Source: Candidatus Levyibacteriota bacterium (GTDB lineage Bacteria > Patescibacteriota > Microgenomatia > Levybacterales > UBA12049). From it: 64,000 nucleotides of DNA. The DNA lies in contig DAIDHL010000005.1 in the NCBI GenBank assembly GCA_027459745.1, positions 646 through 64,645 of the forward strand, read 5' to 3'. This document shows positions 1 to 11,401 of the stretch, piece after piece (position 1 is the first letter of the stretch; each line of letters opens with the position of its first letter). Under the pieces are notes generated by a model. The model made no database searches. It saw only the letters and a program-made list of their open reading frames with translations, and was not told the DNA's origin. Made by a program: the position numbers and the translations under genes.

Positions 1-299
1 TGATCCAAAACTAGTTGATATAAAGTAGCTGGTTTAAAAATTAATTGAATAAGCTCGCTAATATAAGCCATCAGCATGTTATGCTGGAAAAAAATTTGGG
101 TATATAATATCTTTCCTGACAAAAGAAAGTACCCAGCCATAAAATTGTTATATTCATCTATAAAGCTAAATGAAACTGCATTTTTGTAGTATAAATAAGT
201 AATAAAAACAAAAAAGATAGATGAAACTAAATAAAGAACTTTTGAGGTTAAAATGATACGTTCAACTTTTAAAGCCAGGACTTTATGATGAGATAGCAT
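1..299 (-). CDS. Partial polytopic membrane protein, probable GT-C glycosyltransferase (runs off the left edge)
   Basis: Not in the ORF track. My translation from ATG at 299: MLSHHKVLAL...VSSIFFVFITYLYYKNAVSFSFIDEYNNFMAGYFLLSGKILYTQIFFQHN. TM helix followed by a DE motif; overlaps the stop of the upstream GT2. Confidence 0.6.
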   Translation of the reverse strand, partial: MLSHHKVLALKVERIILTSKVLYLVSSIFFVFITYLYYKNAVSFSFIDEYNNFMAGYFLLSGKILYTQIFFQHNMLMAYISELIQLIFKPATLYQLVLD

Positions 300-1224
300 A
301 ACTTCCTTTCCCGAACTTATGCAGATAGAAATCGATTACACCTCTCTTTTGCCAATATCTTCCAGAAAAGAAAATTTTGATACTTTCTCTAAATAAGGCA
401 AATTTTGTTCTTACACCCGCGTACCGGAAACCAAACAACATCCTGTTACGGCTAATAAAATAATCTTGTAGAGTAGAACCTGCTCCACCAGAAGATCCTG
501 CATTTTTATGCCAAAGCACAGCCTGAGGCCAATAAAGAATATTTATTCCTTTTTTATGAGCCTTCATACTATAATCAGCATCCTCATAATACATGAAAAA
601 TTCAGGAGGTAACATGCCTATCTTTTCTATAGTATGTTTAGTAATCAACATACAGCACCCGGTAGCTATTTCAGTTTTGTCCGGCTGATCAAATTGACCT
701 TTATCTACTTGGTCAACTCCCCTATGCGAACCTATAATGTTAGCCCAGTCCATTTTTCCACCTGCATACCAAAAGACTTTACCCTTCTCGATATCGCTAT
801 ATAGGCCTTTATGGTATTCAAAGCCAGGTGCAAAATATATTTTGGGTACTATTATTCCTGCATCATATTCTGATTCTGCTGCCCTTACTAATTCTTCAAT
901 TAAATTTTCGTGGACTATGGTATCGTTGTTTAAAAGCACTACATATCTGCACCCATCAACCAAAGCTTTCTGAATACCAAGATTATTACCAACTGAAAAG
1001 CCCGTATTCTTTTTGCTTTTTATTATATCTGTAGAAAAGACAGTAATAGGATTTTCCTGTAGATATTTCTCAATTTCTTCAATACTTCCCGGACGAGAAT
1101 GATTGTCAACAATATAAACCGTCAAATCTATATCTTTTAAGTTCAGCTTGGCTAAGGATTTTAAACAATCGATTACATTTTTTTCACCGTTATAATTTAT
1201 AGTAATTAATCCGACTTTTTTCAT
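283..1224 (-). CDS. GT2 family glycosyltransferase (rhamnosyltransferase/WbbL-like)
   Basis: INYN, VDNHS, GFSVGNNLG, LLNNDT, TGCCMLI and FMYYEDAD motifs. Confidence 0.9.
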   Translation of the reverse strand: MKKVGLITINYNGEKNVIDCLKSLAKLNLKDIDLTVYIVDNHSRPGSIEEIEKYLQENPITVFSTDIIKSKKNTGFSVGNNLGIQKALVDGCRYVVLLNNDTIVHENLIEELVRAAESEYDAGIIVPKIYFAPGFEYHKGLYSDIEKGKVFWYAGGKMDWANIIGSHRGVDQVDKGQFDQPDKTEIATGCCMLITKHTIEKIGMLPPEFFMYYEDADYSMKAHKKGINILYWPQAVLWHKNAGSSGGAGSTLQDYFISRNRMLFGFRYAGVRTKFALFRESIKIFFSGRYWQKRGVIDFYLHKFGKGSYAISS

Positions 1225-2678
1225 ACTTGTTTCTTTATTCTAAGGAAATCTAAAGTTTTTCTCAACTCCTGTTGTGAAATTATAAAAAGAATAGCAGCGT
1301 AGACTCCAACCGCAACACAGGCAAAAAATATAAATAACCAAAAGTTAACTATAAATGATTGTATAATATAAGAGAAAGTCATCATCAAAGCAGCTGCCAA
1401 GAAAGGTTTTATTAATGGTCTCCAAAAAGAATAGCTAACATATTGTTTAGTAAAAGGTAAAATAATAAGTAGACTAGCGGCCACCATAAATGACGCGATC
1501 GAAACTCCATTATATCCAAAATAGTGAATAAATAACGGAGTCAATATCCAGGTAAGTACAGTTAAAAATACCATTGAATAAAGAGTTACTTTTACTTTCC
1601 CTATAGCATTCAAGAAATTTGTTAAAGGAACAGTAATTGAAGCAAACAGAATATTCAATGAAAAAAAGAAAATTGAGATTACAGCTGGAATCCATTTAGT
1701 ATAACCTGGAATAGGAACATATACAATAAAAGCATGTGAGAACATCATAAATCCAATGACCAAGGGGAAAACACATGCAGAAATTAGAAACAATGACTGT
1801 TCAATAATTATTTTTAATGAATTTTTATCATGCTGTAATCTACTATAAGCAGGAAATGTGATACGCACAACATTATCCATAATCAAATTTGAGGGCAAAA
1901 AGGAAAGTTTTTGTGCAAATCCTATAATTCCCACATCACCATGAGAGAGAACTTTTCCAATATAAAGATTAACTAGATTATCTTTAATCAAAGACAGTAA
2001 ACTATTGGCCTGTAGTGGGATACCAAATCCAAACAAATTCTTTACTGTCTTAAAATGAAACGACACTCCAATCTTCCAAGGTTTGATATAGTAAATTACA
2101 AAAAGGCCTATTATACTTCTTGCGAGAATTGCAATACTAAAACTAGTAATTCCAAAGTGCATTAGCGCCAAAACTATTAAGACAACGTTATATACAAGGT
2201 TCTCTACAATATCGGGTATTACCAGTTTGTTGAAAAGCAAATTTCTTTCTAACATAACAGTAGGAATCGTTTTGAGTGAAGATATAAAAAATGAAATAAC
2301 TAAAGAATAAAACAAGAACATTCCTGCGCTATCTAAATGATAAAATCCAACTATCTTACTGGAGAAAACGAAACAAATAATAACCAGCGTCAAAACTAGA
2401 AGTTGTTGAATTGTAAAAGTAGCCTTATATTCTTCTAATGTTGGCTCCTCCTTCTTTTGAATTAAAGAGGCTGCTAAACCAATATCTTGAAAATAAACTA
2501 AAAATACAACAATTGATGATGCTATAAAATAGATACCAAAATCTTCTTTACTTAATATACTAGTTAAAATAAAACTGGTTGCGATACTTAAAACTTTTAC
2601 CAAAAAAGTACGCGAGGTTAACGCGGAAAACCCTTTCAATGATTTACTGGCAACAGCTTGCAGATCAAAATCTTCCAT
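1221..2678 (-). CDS. Oligosaccharide flippase (Wzx/WzxC, MOP superfamily)
   Basis: About 12-14 TM segments; ILSKEDFG...DIGLAASLIQKK and LERNLLF patterns typical of WzxC. Confidence 0.85.
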   Translation of the reverse strand: MEDFDLQAVASKSLKGFSALTSRTFLVKVLSIATSFILTSILSKEDFGIYFIASSIVVFLVYFQDIGLAASLIQKKEEPTLEEYKATFTIQQLLVLTLVIICFVFSSKIVGFYHLDSAGMFLFYSLVISFFISSLKTIPTVMLERNLLFNKLVIPDIVENLVYNVVLIVLALMHFGITSFSIAILARSIIGLFVIYYIKPWKIGVSFHFKTVKNLFGFGIPLQANSLLSLIKDNLVNLYIGKVLSHGDVGIIGFAQKLSFLPSNLIMDNVVRITFPAYSRLQHDKNSLKIIIEQSLFLISACVFPLVIGFMMFSHAFIVYVPIPGYTKWIPAVISIFFFSLNILFASITVPLTNFLNAIGKVKVTLYSMVFLTVLTWILTPLFIHYFGYNGVSIASFMVAASLLIILPFTKQYVSYSFWRPLIKPFLAAALMMTFSYIIQSFIVNFWLFIFFACVAVGVYAAILFIISQQELRKTLDFLRIKKQV

Positions 2679-3378
2679 TTTTTAAATCCCACCAGAGAAT
2701 AAGGCTCTCCAGGACCGCCCTTACAACTACTGGGATGTTAGCTCCTGTAGGTTTACCGTGTAGACGCGGATAATGTTCTACACCCACCTGAGTAATTTTT
2801 AATTTTTTTATTGTTGCTTTAGCTAATATTTCAGTAGTAATCATTGCACCTTCTGACCTTAGAGGCATAATTGACTCCAGTGCGCTTTTCCTGAACATTT
2901 TAAAACCACAGTCTATATCTTTAAAATGAAAATGAAACAAAGCAAAATCCCAAATTTTTAACAGGTTCATAAGGAGGTGTCTTACCAACGGATCATTTCT
3001 GTGTTTACGATAACCAATAACCACATCAGAGTTTTGAATTGCAGGTATAAATTTATCAATTTCAGATATATCAAATTGTCCATCTCCATCGGTAAAAACA
3101 ATAAATGTATATTTAGAATTTATAAAACCTTCCTTGAGAGAAGCACCATAGCCTCGATTTGGATGATGAGATACCACTTTTAACCTATTATCTTGAGCTG
3201 ATAATCTTTTAGCAATATCTAAGGTTTTATCCATTGAACCGTCATCTACCATGAGAATCTCCCATTTTATCGCTACTTTATCTGCGACCTTTATGGCTTT
3301 ATTGACAACTTCTTCTATATTTGCTTCTTCATTCCAGAACGGGAAAAAAATTGATAGTTCTGGCAATTTCTTACTCAT
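2665..3378 (-). CDS. GT2 polyprenol-phosphate glycosyltransferase (DPM1-like)
   Basis: PFWNEE, VDDGSMD, NRGYG, FTDGDGQ, DIDCGFK. Confidence 0.9.
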   Translation of the reverse strand: MSKKLPELSIFFPFWNEEANIEEVVNKAIKVADKVAIKWEILMVDDGSMDKTLDIAKRLSAQDNRLKVVSHHPNRGYGASLKEGFINSKYTFIVFTDGDGQFDISEIDKFIPAIQNSDVVIGYRKHRNDPLVRHLLMNLLKIWDFALFHFHFKDIDCGFKMFRKSALESIMPLRSEGAMITTEILAKATIKKLKITQVGVEHYPRLHGKPTGANIPVVVRAVLESLILWWDLKNGRF

Positions 3379-5069
3379 AAGCTAATGAATATTATACCAG
3401 CAAAAAGAATAATTATTCCAGCTATAGATACGATATCAGACCACGCTTCTACAGATGTTTGGGCATAGAATGCCTCCAACCTGTGTAATCCAACAGGTAA
3501 GTAAACAATTAACCCATTAGCTGCTGGAATATAGGAGATATTCTTGCTATCAATATAGACCTTCCAGTTGGAAAAAGGAGCTATATGCAAGGTAATCGGT
3601 TGTGTAGTTGCAGACTCTATAATTGCTTCAATCGAAGTAGTAGTCTGTTTATAATTTTTTAAAAGAATCTGCCCTTTTGCACTGATAGGATGGTACGCTA
3701 AAGCTTCTTTACTAGAGGAGGGAATTTTTATAATCTTAGGTAAATACTCATAAGAGACTAAAGACGACTGCCACAGCAAATAAGATTCATTTATATAATT
3801 CTGGTCTGTAAAATTATAGTATGTCTGAGGAATAAACAGTTTAGGGTATAAAATTCCTCCTAATAATATAACTACAACAATATATAAGTAACCTACCTTT
3901 AATTTCCAAAAACGCTTATGTAATATTTTCTCAAGGATAAATACTGCCGATCCTCCGATTAAGCTGGAAAAAAATGATGCTAAGATTAAGAATCTCCAAG
4001 GAAATTGAAAAAATTTCATAAAGGGTAACAAATTCCACAACCACTCTGACCAGGAAAGAGTCATAAATAGAGAAAACAGCAATCCTAGAAACAATGCAAT
4101 AAATATGTTGGTATATTTTTTAAATTCTATTTTTTTCCAAAGTATAACTATGAAAAATACAAAAGTTATAACTGATAAAAATAAATGTAATTTACCTACC
4201 CTGAAAGAAAGACCATCAACACATCCGGGTATTGATCCTCCATAACCCCAAGGACTATCCCAAAGCTGTGATAAACAAGCATATTGGGTATGGTAGTCTG
4301 AGCCTCCTTGGGTTACAGAATTCACATTTGTAAGGTTCATTTCTGTAAGAGATGGTAACCAGTAAAATGCTGAGATCAAGAGTGAACAAACTATCGTCAA
4401 AATAAAATAATAAATCATTTTACGGTTGTGGTTATAAAGACTACGAATAATAAATACTAATGACAACAAAAAAATAAACGGAGTAGCCATCAGTGCGGTG
4501 AGATTATGAGTCAAAATTAAAGCTGTATAAAACACTGAACTTAAAACTACATATCTCCATTGCTTAGTTTGACAAAGTTTAATTAAGAAAAAAATTATAA
4601 AAGGTATAAGTGCGTAAGCAAAAGCTTCAGCCATATCACCTCTCACATAAATGTCTAGTGCATGATATGGAGCGTAAACATATAATAACCCCGCTGTTAA
4701 ACCTGCTAAATTATTAAAAAGCTTACTACCTAATAGATACATTCCCAATCCTGACATTAAAACACCTAAAATTATGACGAACTTAACCGAAAAGATAGCA
4801 GACATTCCTCCTAGATATAAAATGCTAGAAAGATAATATATTAAAGGAGAATAAAAATTAAAAAAGGGATATCCATAACCAAAACCTAAATCTTGAGACC
4901 ATCTTACAGGGAACATGCCATCGCTTAAAGCCTTACTCATCTCATATACTCTTTGTACCTGACCATTATCGTGAATTGGGAAAAAACCTTGATGAAATAA
5001 AGGAAGTATCGCCCCAAGCGATAAAATAAACAAGAATAAGATAGTGTAAATTCTAACTTTTACATTCAT
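3375..5069 (-). CDS. GT-C-type membrane protein (YfhO / 'PTPS-related' membrane family)
   Basis: HD motif, PVRW, GYGYPFFNFYSPL, APYH, RGDMAE, QFPWRFL; many TM segments; C-terminal extracellular domain. Confidence 0.75.
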   Translation of the reverse strand: MNVKVRIYTILFLFILSLGAILPLFHQGFFPIHDNGQVQRVYEMSKALSDGMFPVRWSQDLGFGYGYPFFNFYSPLIYYLSSILYLGGMSAIFSVKFVIILGVLMSGLGMYLLGSKLFNNLAGLTAGLLYVYAPYHALDIYVRGDMAEAFAYALIPFIIFFLIKLCQTKQWRYVVLSSVFYTALILTHNLTALMATPFIFLLSLVFIIRSLYNHNRKMIYYFILTIVCSLLISAFYWLPSLTEMNLTNVNSVTQGGSDYHTQYACLSQLWDSPWGYGGSIPGCVDGLSFRVGKLHLFLSVITFVFFIVILWKKIEFKKYTNIFIALFLGLLFSLFMTLSWSEWLWNLLPFMKFFQFPWRFLILASFFSSLIGGSAVFILEKILHKRFWKLKVGYLYIVVVILLGGILYPKLFIPQTYYNFTDQNYINESYLLWQSSLVSYEYLPKIIKIPSSSKEALAYHPISAKGQILLKNYKQTTTSIEAIIESATTQPITLHIAPFSNWKVYIDSKNISYIPAANGLIVYLPVGLHRLEAFYAQTSVEAWSDIVSIAGIIILFAGIIFISL

Positions 5070-6721
5070 TTGAAGAACAATTTTTTAATAAAATAAAAAA
5101 TAATGAAAATAAACGAAATCAAACTAATAAGATCTGATATTAAGCGTAATGAGGTTTCTGTAAAAGTACCACTAACCGTATGAATACCTGCAGGTATATT
5201 AATATCCATTAAACCTTTAGGATTACTATATGAGATCTTAGTAGTATTACCGTCAATTTTTGCTACCCATCCAGGATAATAAATAATATTAACTTGCAAC
5301 ATAAAAGGTTTTGTTGAATTGGTATTAACAACAAATCTTCGTGAGTTATAAAATTCATCTGTTAAAAAGACTTTGTTATTTAATGCTGTAAACTTAACCA
5401 CTGGCCTCTGCAATGGTTTTTCTTTTACCCATAGAGGCATATATTCACTGGAAGATGTGGTAGTTGCATCGTTGGTTAAATAAAAATTATCACCTCTGTT
5501 AACATAACTCTGGGGATGAGCATAGGGAATTGTATAAATAATAGTAATTAACCCTAAAATTATATATGCAGGGTAAATTTTTTTAAGAGTAAATAATTTA
5601 GATGAAAGTATAGCGATCAAAAATCCTACAACACCCAGTAATGTCCAGGGATAATTAATTTCTTTAATCAATGGCGTATGCACCCAAATTGCGTTTGTAA
5701 AAGGAAATAGTAATAAGCAATATAAAACCAGAAGTATTGAAGCTATGATTAAGAATTTATCGCTCAACGAGTTTCGTAGAAAATGATTCCGGAATAGAGT
5801 TGTTGCAACAATTAAAAGTAATACTATCAATACTTGAGGTAAGCCTAGCTGAAAAGTAAACTGGTCTGCACTAGGAGGTATACCATATCCCCAAGAAGGT
5901 ATAAATAATTGCCACCAGTGAGCATAATTAATTACCCTGTCAGCAATCGGCGTTACAGCTAATGCAATAAGATTTTTTTCCGACAAAGCAGGAACCCAGA
6001 AGAATGCGGACAATCCAAAACCTAGAACTAAAGTAAAGAAATAAAACAGTGATAATTTTATTCTGTCTTTAACACTTAATAAAATAGAGCAACTCATAAA
6101 CAATAAGATTATAGGTAAAAACTCTACCGCCATTATGTTGTGTGTCGTAATTAAACTGGCAATAAAAATAGCTGCAAAAATTACATAATATAGTCGTCTA
6201 GATTTATGTATTTTAAGAAGAAAATAGATAATAAAAGGGAATAAGGCAAAGGACAGAGATTCACCTATTGATCCCCTTACAAACAAATCTACCATTCGAT
6301 AAGGATAGTACACGTATACAATTGCACTAAAAACACCCGACAATCTACTCTGCCACATTTCTTTTGCCAGCAGGTACATTCCCCACAAAGATAGCGGAAC
6401 TGTAATCGCGAATATCAACTTGATTGAATCAACAAAACTAATTTTAAATAAATGGATGAAAAAACCAAGATAATAAGGTAGCGGATAAGCGAATTCAAAC
6501 AGTGGATATCCATAACCAAAATTCAAGTTAGCACTATATCTGGCTGGGAATTGCAAATCTTTCAATTCTCTATACATGTCTGTAAGTCTCACCACAGCCC
6601 ATTCCCCATCATGAGTCGGGAAATACCCAGCATGGAAATAAGGTAATATCAAAGGAATACTTAACAATATAAATAATATTCCCGTCCAAATTTGAATATG
6701 TTGTGTAAATATTCTTTTCAT
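5066..6721 (-). CDS. GT-C-type membrane protein (YfhO-like), paralog of 3375..5069
   Basis: THDG, GYGYPLFEFAYPL, RGSIGE, THNI, YYPGW motifs. Confidence 0.75.
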   Translation of the reverse strand: MKRIFTQHIQIWTGILFILLSIPLILPYFHAGYFPTHDGEWAVVRLTDMYRELKDLQFPARYSANLNFGYGYPLFEFAYPLPYYLGFFIHLFKISFVDSIKLIFAITVPLSLWGMYLLAKEMWQSRLSGVFSAIVYVYYPYRMVDLFVRGSIGESLSFALFPFIIYFLLKIHKSRRLYYVIFAAIFIASLITTHNIMAVEFLPIILLFMSCSILLSVKDRIKLSLFYFFTLVLGFGLSAFFWVPALSEKNLIALAVTPIADRVINYAHWWQLFIPSWGYGIPPSADQFTFQLGLPQVLIVLLLIVATTLFRNHFLRNSLSDKFLIIASILLVLYCLLLFPFTNAIWVHTPLIKEINYPWTLLGVVGFLIAILSSKLFTLKKIYPAYIILGLITIIYTIPYAHPQSYVNRGDNFYLTNDATTTSSSEYMPLWVKEKPLQRPVVKFTALNNKVFLTDEFYNSRRFVVNTNSTKPFMLQVNIIYYPGWVAKIDGNTTKISYSNPKGLMDINIPAGIHTVSGTFTETSLRLISDLISLISFIFIIFYFIKKLFFK

Positions 6722-6728
6722 TTGCTTA

Positions 6729-8429
6729 CTATTGTGAAATTACACTGACTACAGGTTTAGTATATGGATATTGAGCTATATTATTCTGTAGTGACAGTAC
6801 GACAGGCCTAGTAGGATAGTAAAAAGTTTTAATAACATGTATATTTGCTGGTACGTCAGAACTAGCTGCAACTAATAAATTATGCTTATCTTTCACGTCC
6901 TTAGACCAATCAATTTTACGAAACTGATATTTTCCTAAACTTTCTACTGAGGTAAAAAGACTATCCTGTTGATATATAACTTCCTTTTGAAAAGATTTTG
7001 GAGAGTATTTTTGATAAAAAGCCAGTGATGTATATATAAACGGTGTATTGGTGTCTATTATAATATGTGAATAATTAGGAGCCACAGATTGTAGGTATAA
7101 GGACAAGGGTTTATCAGTCACTCTCCATTCCGCTGCATAATATTTGGGAAATCTATAATAATAAGACGCTTGAAAATATAAAAATGAGTAAACCACAATT
7201 ATAGAAACTAATATTATAAATAACCTTAAGTAGGTTTTGTTGATTTTACTCAATAAACCAATTAATACATAAAATCCGTAAGCTGAAAAGAAAATGAGAG
7301 GTATTACTAGCGGATAACTCCTGGTTCCGTGTGGAACTACAGAGCTAAAACCAACGATTAAAATTAAAATTGCTGCCCAGGAAAAAAAAATCATTGCCGA
7401 CTTAGTCACTTTTCTTGAAAGAAAATATAAACCTACTATCATAAAAAATAGATCAACCGGATAAAAAGCTCCCACATTACCCACTCCTACATCTCCATTA
7501 GTTGAACCTAAAGAATAGAAAAAAAATGTGGTTGAGAATGAGTTTGCAATGTTTCTGCAGTACTCCCAAATCAATAAGAAAAAACTATTAAAAAACAAGG
7601 CTGATAATATATGGGGCAAAGGAGTTAAATAACTTCTCATTTCAACCATTGCCGCTTTAGCATTTCCCCCCAGTAGAGTTACGTTTGTCTCATTATGTAA
7701 ACCAGAAGATTTAAAGAAAGTAAAAATAAACGGGGAAATCAGTATTAAAAAAACAATGCCCAATGAGAAAATTTTTGCGAGACTAAGTTCTTTAAATTGT
7801 TTTCTATAAATAACTACTAATGATAACAATAATAAAGGAGCATGAAATCTAGTGATGTTGTAAGAATACAATGCAATCACAAAAGCTACAACTGAAAAAA
7901 GATAAAATATTAACCTCTTTTTTTCAGCAGCGAGAACAAAAAATAATGTTCCTAAGACCTCAAAACATACTGCCAGATTTACTTCAAGTGCAACACGAGA
8001 GAAAAAAAGATTCCAAGGATTTATAGCTAAAAATAAAGCACCTATCAAGGCTAACCATTCGTTTCTGGTTAATAATTTTATTAAAAAATAAAACGCAAAT
8101 ACTGTTACAACCCCTGCTAAAGCGGAAGGAAAGCGTACCGCAAAAGTATTTACACCCAAAATACTCTCACTTATAACAGTAGTATAAATATATGCAGGCA
8201 ATTTATAATCATTAAATGATTTAAAGTACAATGGAAACTTGACTCCATGTTCGTCTCTACCTGTTTGAAGTATTGAGTAGGCGTTATAACCAATTGCTGT
8301 TTCATCCTGATTCATTCCAGCAGGAAAATTAGACAAGTTATTAAATCTTAAAAGGATGGCTATAATCACAACTATTAAAAAAAGAATTAACACTAACTTT
8401 TTTTGGTGATTTAATATAAGTGGAAGCAT
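6729..8429 (-). CDS. ArnT/PMT (GT83/GT39)-like glycosyltransferase
   Basis: DETAIGYNAYSILQTGRDEHG, FAVRFPSALAG, PWNLFFSR. Confidence 0.85.
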   Translation of the reverse strand: MLPLILNHQKKLVLILFLIVVIIAILLRFNNLSNFPAGMNQDETAIGYNAYSILQTGRDEHGVKFPLYFKSFNDYKLPAYIYTTVISESILGVNTFAVRFPSALAGVVTVFAFYFLIKLLTRNEWLALIGALFLAINPWNLFFSRVALEVNLAVCFEVLGTLFFVLAAEKKRLIFYLFSVVAFVIALYSYNITRFHAPLLLLSLVVIYRKQFKELSLAKIFSLGIVFLILISPFIFTFFKSSGLHNETNVTLLGGNAKAAMVEMRSYLTPLPHILSALFFNSFFLLIWEYCRNIANSFSTTFFFYSLGSTNGDVGVGNVGAFYPVDLFFMIVGLYFLSRKVTKSAMIFFSWAAILILIVGFSSVVPHGTRSYPLVIPLIFFSAYGFYVLIGLLSKINKTYLRLFIILVSIIVVYSFLYFQASYYYRFPKYYAAEWRVTDKPLSLYLQSVAPNYSHIIIDTNTPFIYTSLAFYQKYSPKSFQKEVIYQQDSLFTSVESLGKYQFRKIDWSKDVKDKHNLLVAASSDVPANIHVIKTFYYPTRPVVLSLQNNIAQYPYTKPVVSVISQ

Positions 8430-8435
8430 ATGTTC

Positions 8436-9977
8436 TTAAGGTAAGACTTTGTATAATGTTGCATGAACCTTACCATTATTTTTACTTACACTGTAAACTG
8501 GTATAACCGGCCAAGCAGTGGGAGCTACACCAGTGTTAGGACAATTTGGGCACGGCTCATAAAAATAAACATAGGTTGGCATCTTTTTGGCCATTGACTG
8601 CAAATCTGAGGGAATATTCCCAGAAATAGGCCAGTAAGCTTTGGTGGTAACATTAGGGTTATTATAGAAATACATTTCAAACGCAAATGGCATCAAACCA
8701 AAAGTTCCCTGTGTGCCAACAAATATGTGCTGATTTGCTGAAGCAGTTTTTAAATACTGAATTGACTCTTTTATTCCCCACCCTGCAGGCCAATCTAGCA
8801 TATATTGAGATTTATCAGCTTGGGGTATGGGTGCTTTTAATGGGTCAACAATTAAATAAAAACTGATATAGGCTGTAGGAGTAATCGCAACTAGTGTTAT
8901 CATCGATAGGTATATGGCAAGTTTTTTAGTTTTTTCATGAGATAATATTAAAGCACTACGCCAGATTCCAAATGCCACTATTGGCAGCAACACTACAGTC
9001 ATGAATAAAATGTACCTGGGAAATATAACTTTTCCAAACGTGGCATCAAAAATAAATGGTGCTAAAAAGTAAATCACTAGTACGGTTTTTTCTCTCCAAT
9101 AAGATATAGTTAACAGGCCAATTACTAAAAATACTAAATAGCTTATATTGAAGTATTCTAAAAACCAGGAGATTAATGATTGTAGATTGCCGGTAAACAA
9201 TTGAAATCTCCACAAAAGGGTATGCCCCATCCAGTCTTTTAATGTATAAATAAATACTGTATCTTTCAAACCTATTGTTCCATATAACGGAGACAAACGC
9301 AAAATAGAATAGAACATCATCCCTATTACTACAGATATCAAACCAAGAGTAATTAATCTAAATATTTTAAACTTTACTTGGTTTTGTTTAAAGTCAAAAA
9401 GCACAAATAAAAATGGCAGTAAAGCCATACTGATAAATGCACCTGCTTTGGTAAGTGCACCTCCACCTAATATAAAACCTAGATTATAACTATTTTTTAG
9501 ATTTGCTTTATTAAATAAAACTACTGAAAAATATAATGCCCAAACATACCACATGGCAGAAAGACTATCTTCTATGGCTAGACGATCATGTAGCAATGCA
9601 AGCGGGTAAAAAATGTATAACAACGAGCTAATTAACGCAACTTTTATATTCTTAAATATTCCATAAGCTAAAAACCCAACTCCTGCCATACCAAAAAAAC
9701 CACTAAAAACAGAGGATAGTCTTCCGGCTAGCAAGGGATCTTGGATGAACTTTACAAACAACATCATAATCCAGGTTTGCATAGGAGGCTTTCCATCGGT
9801 TAAAGAAATGAAACGCCAACTAGAATCGTGTAAAGCCACTTGCGCCCAACGTATATAAATAGCTTCGTCAGTAAAAATAGGTAATTTGGTTAGGAATAAC
9901 AGCCTGGTTAGAAAGTATACAATTACTATCAACAGACCAAGGAGTATATTAAATTTATGCTTCATAATTAATCTCAT
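8436..9977 (-). CDS. ArnT/PMT-like glycosyltransferase
   Basis: PIFTDEAIYIRWAQ, DGKPP, AGRLSSV, HDRLA; multiple TM segments. Confidence 0.85.
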   Translation of the reverse strand: MRLIMKHKFNILLGLLIVIVYFLTRLLFLTKLPIFTDEAIYIRWAQVALHDSSWRFISLTDGKPPMQTWIMMLFVKFIQDPLLAGRLSSVFSGFFGMAGVGFLAYGIFKNIKVALISSLLYIFYPLALLHDRLAIEDSLSAMWYVWALYFSVVLFNKANLKNSYNLGFILGGGALTKAGAFISMALLPFLFVLFDFKQNQVKFKIFRLITLGLISVVIGMMFYSILRLSPLYGTIGLKDTVFIYTLKDWMGHTLLWRFQLFTGNLQSLISWFLEYFNISYLVFLVIGLLTISYWREKTVLVIYFLAPFIFDATFGKVIFPRYILFMTVVLLPIVAFGIWRSALILSHEKTKKLAIYLSMITLVAITPTAYISFYLIVDPLKAPIPQADKSQYMLDWPAGWGIKESIQYLKTASANQHIFVGTQGTFGLMPFAFEMYFYNNPNVTTKAYWPISGNIPSDLQSMAKKMPTYVYFYEPCPNCPNTGVAPTAWPVIPVYSVSKNNGKVHATLYKVLP

Positions 9978-10063
9978 GGTTTGATTATAAATTCAAACAA
10001 CAATATTAGCAAATGATAGAACATCTCATTGGTATTTCTGAATTCATGAGGTAAAATAGCAAT

Positions 10064-11401
10064 ATGAAGATAAAAAAAGATAAAAAATCACAAACGCAAC
10101 TATCATGGATCAAATCTATAAAAGACCAACTTCTTCACCACAAAAGTGAAGTTATCATCTTCCTGTTATTGTTGATTGTCTTTATTTTTCTGAGATCTTA
10201 TCAGCTTGAATCTAGAATGTCATTTAACTTTGATCAAGTAAATGGAGCCTGGATGGCGAAAGATGCGTTAGTAGATCATCATTGGCCTCTTACTGGTCCA
10301 GTTGCCAAGCAGAATTCGGGCTTCTCTATGGCACCACTCTACTATTATATTTTGATTCCTTTTTATTTTGTCTTTAATTTGCACCCTATCGCTTCAGGAA
10401 TCGCAGCTGTTTTTATAAGTACTCTTACCTTCTTAAGTATATTTTTTGTGATTAAATACTTATTTAATACAAAGGTTGCCCTGATCGCAGCTTATATCGA
10501 TTTGGTATCCGTTTACATCATAAACTCTGACAAAATTGACTGGAATGCGGGATTAACTGTTTTGACTTCCGCTTTAACCTTCTTCTTTCTTTATAAAGTT
10601 CTCGTCGGGAAAACGAGAATGATTATTCCGTTGTTCTTAACTTTAGGCTTTTCTCTCAGCGGAGATTTTACCAATATTTTCTACTTTTTTATAGTATCAG
10701 TATGTATTCCCTTTTTCCCTAAAAGAAAAGAGACTCTATTATATCTAATTTTGGGGGTAATAATTATTATGTTATTGATTAGCCCCGTTTTGGTATCTGA
10801 CATCATTAGTCGTAAAGGTGAAGGAACTAATGCTCTTTCGTATTTGGGAACTTATTATCATGGTTTCCATTTAACCAGATTTTTACAGCTCAGAAGAGAT
10901 GCATTCATTGAATTCGTCATGTTTTTTGGTAACGACTTCGTGAGTTATTTCGATTTTCTTCTTCCTTTAATTTTTGGGTTTCTATATTATCGTCAGAATA
11001 AAAATAGAGAAGCAATTATCCTCTCCGTATTATCTATTTTATGGTTTTTTATACCTTGGATCGTATTTACTGCCTATAGCGGAGAGATTACTAACTATTA
11101 TTTTTATATGACTCGTCCAATTATACTTATGATTCTCGCTTACTTCACTTATAGACTTTTCCTTACACGTAAAATAATTATTATGACCTGTGTTTTACTT
11201 TTTTGGGGATATTTTACTGTTAATAATTTACTAAATTTTTTTCAAGAACATCCCGGGAATGATTTTTACAATGCCAAACAAATAATAACACCCGAGGTTA
11301 ATGCACATAATACTAGTGTCAGACATATATACTCTACACCAGAATCTTATCTACAATTTTATTATGAAGACTATAAAAATTTCAACTTAAAAGACAATTA
11401 A
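10064..11401 (+). CDS. ArnT/PMT-like glycosyltransferase, opposite strand to the surrounding operon
   Basis: TM segment then FDQ, LTGP, PLYYY; multiple TM segments; paralog of 40034..41371. Confidence 0.75.
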   Translation: MKIKKDKKSQTQLSWIKSIKDQLLHHKSEVIIFLLLLIVFIFLRSYQLESRMSFNFDQVNGAWMAKDALVDHHWPLTGPVAKQNSGFSMAPLYYYILIPFYFVFNLHPIASGIAAVFISTLTFLSIFFVIKYLFNTKVALIAAYIDLVSVYIINSDKIDWNAGLTVLTSALTFFFLYKVLVGKTRMIIPLFLTLGFSLSGDFTNIFYFFIVSVCIPFFPKRKETLLYLILGVIIIMLLISPVLVSDIISRKGEGTNALSYLGTYYHGFHLTRFLQLRRDAFIEFVMFFGNDFVSYFDFLLPLIFGFLYYRQNKNREAIILSVLSILWFFIPWIVFTAYSGEITNYYFYMTRPIILMILAYFTYRLFLTRKIIIMTCVLLFWGYFTVNNLLNFFQEHPGNDFYNAKQIITPEVNAHNTSVRHIYSTPESYLQFYYEDYKNFNLKDN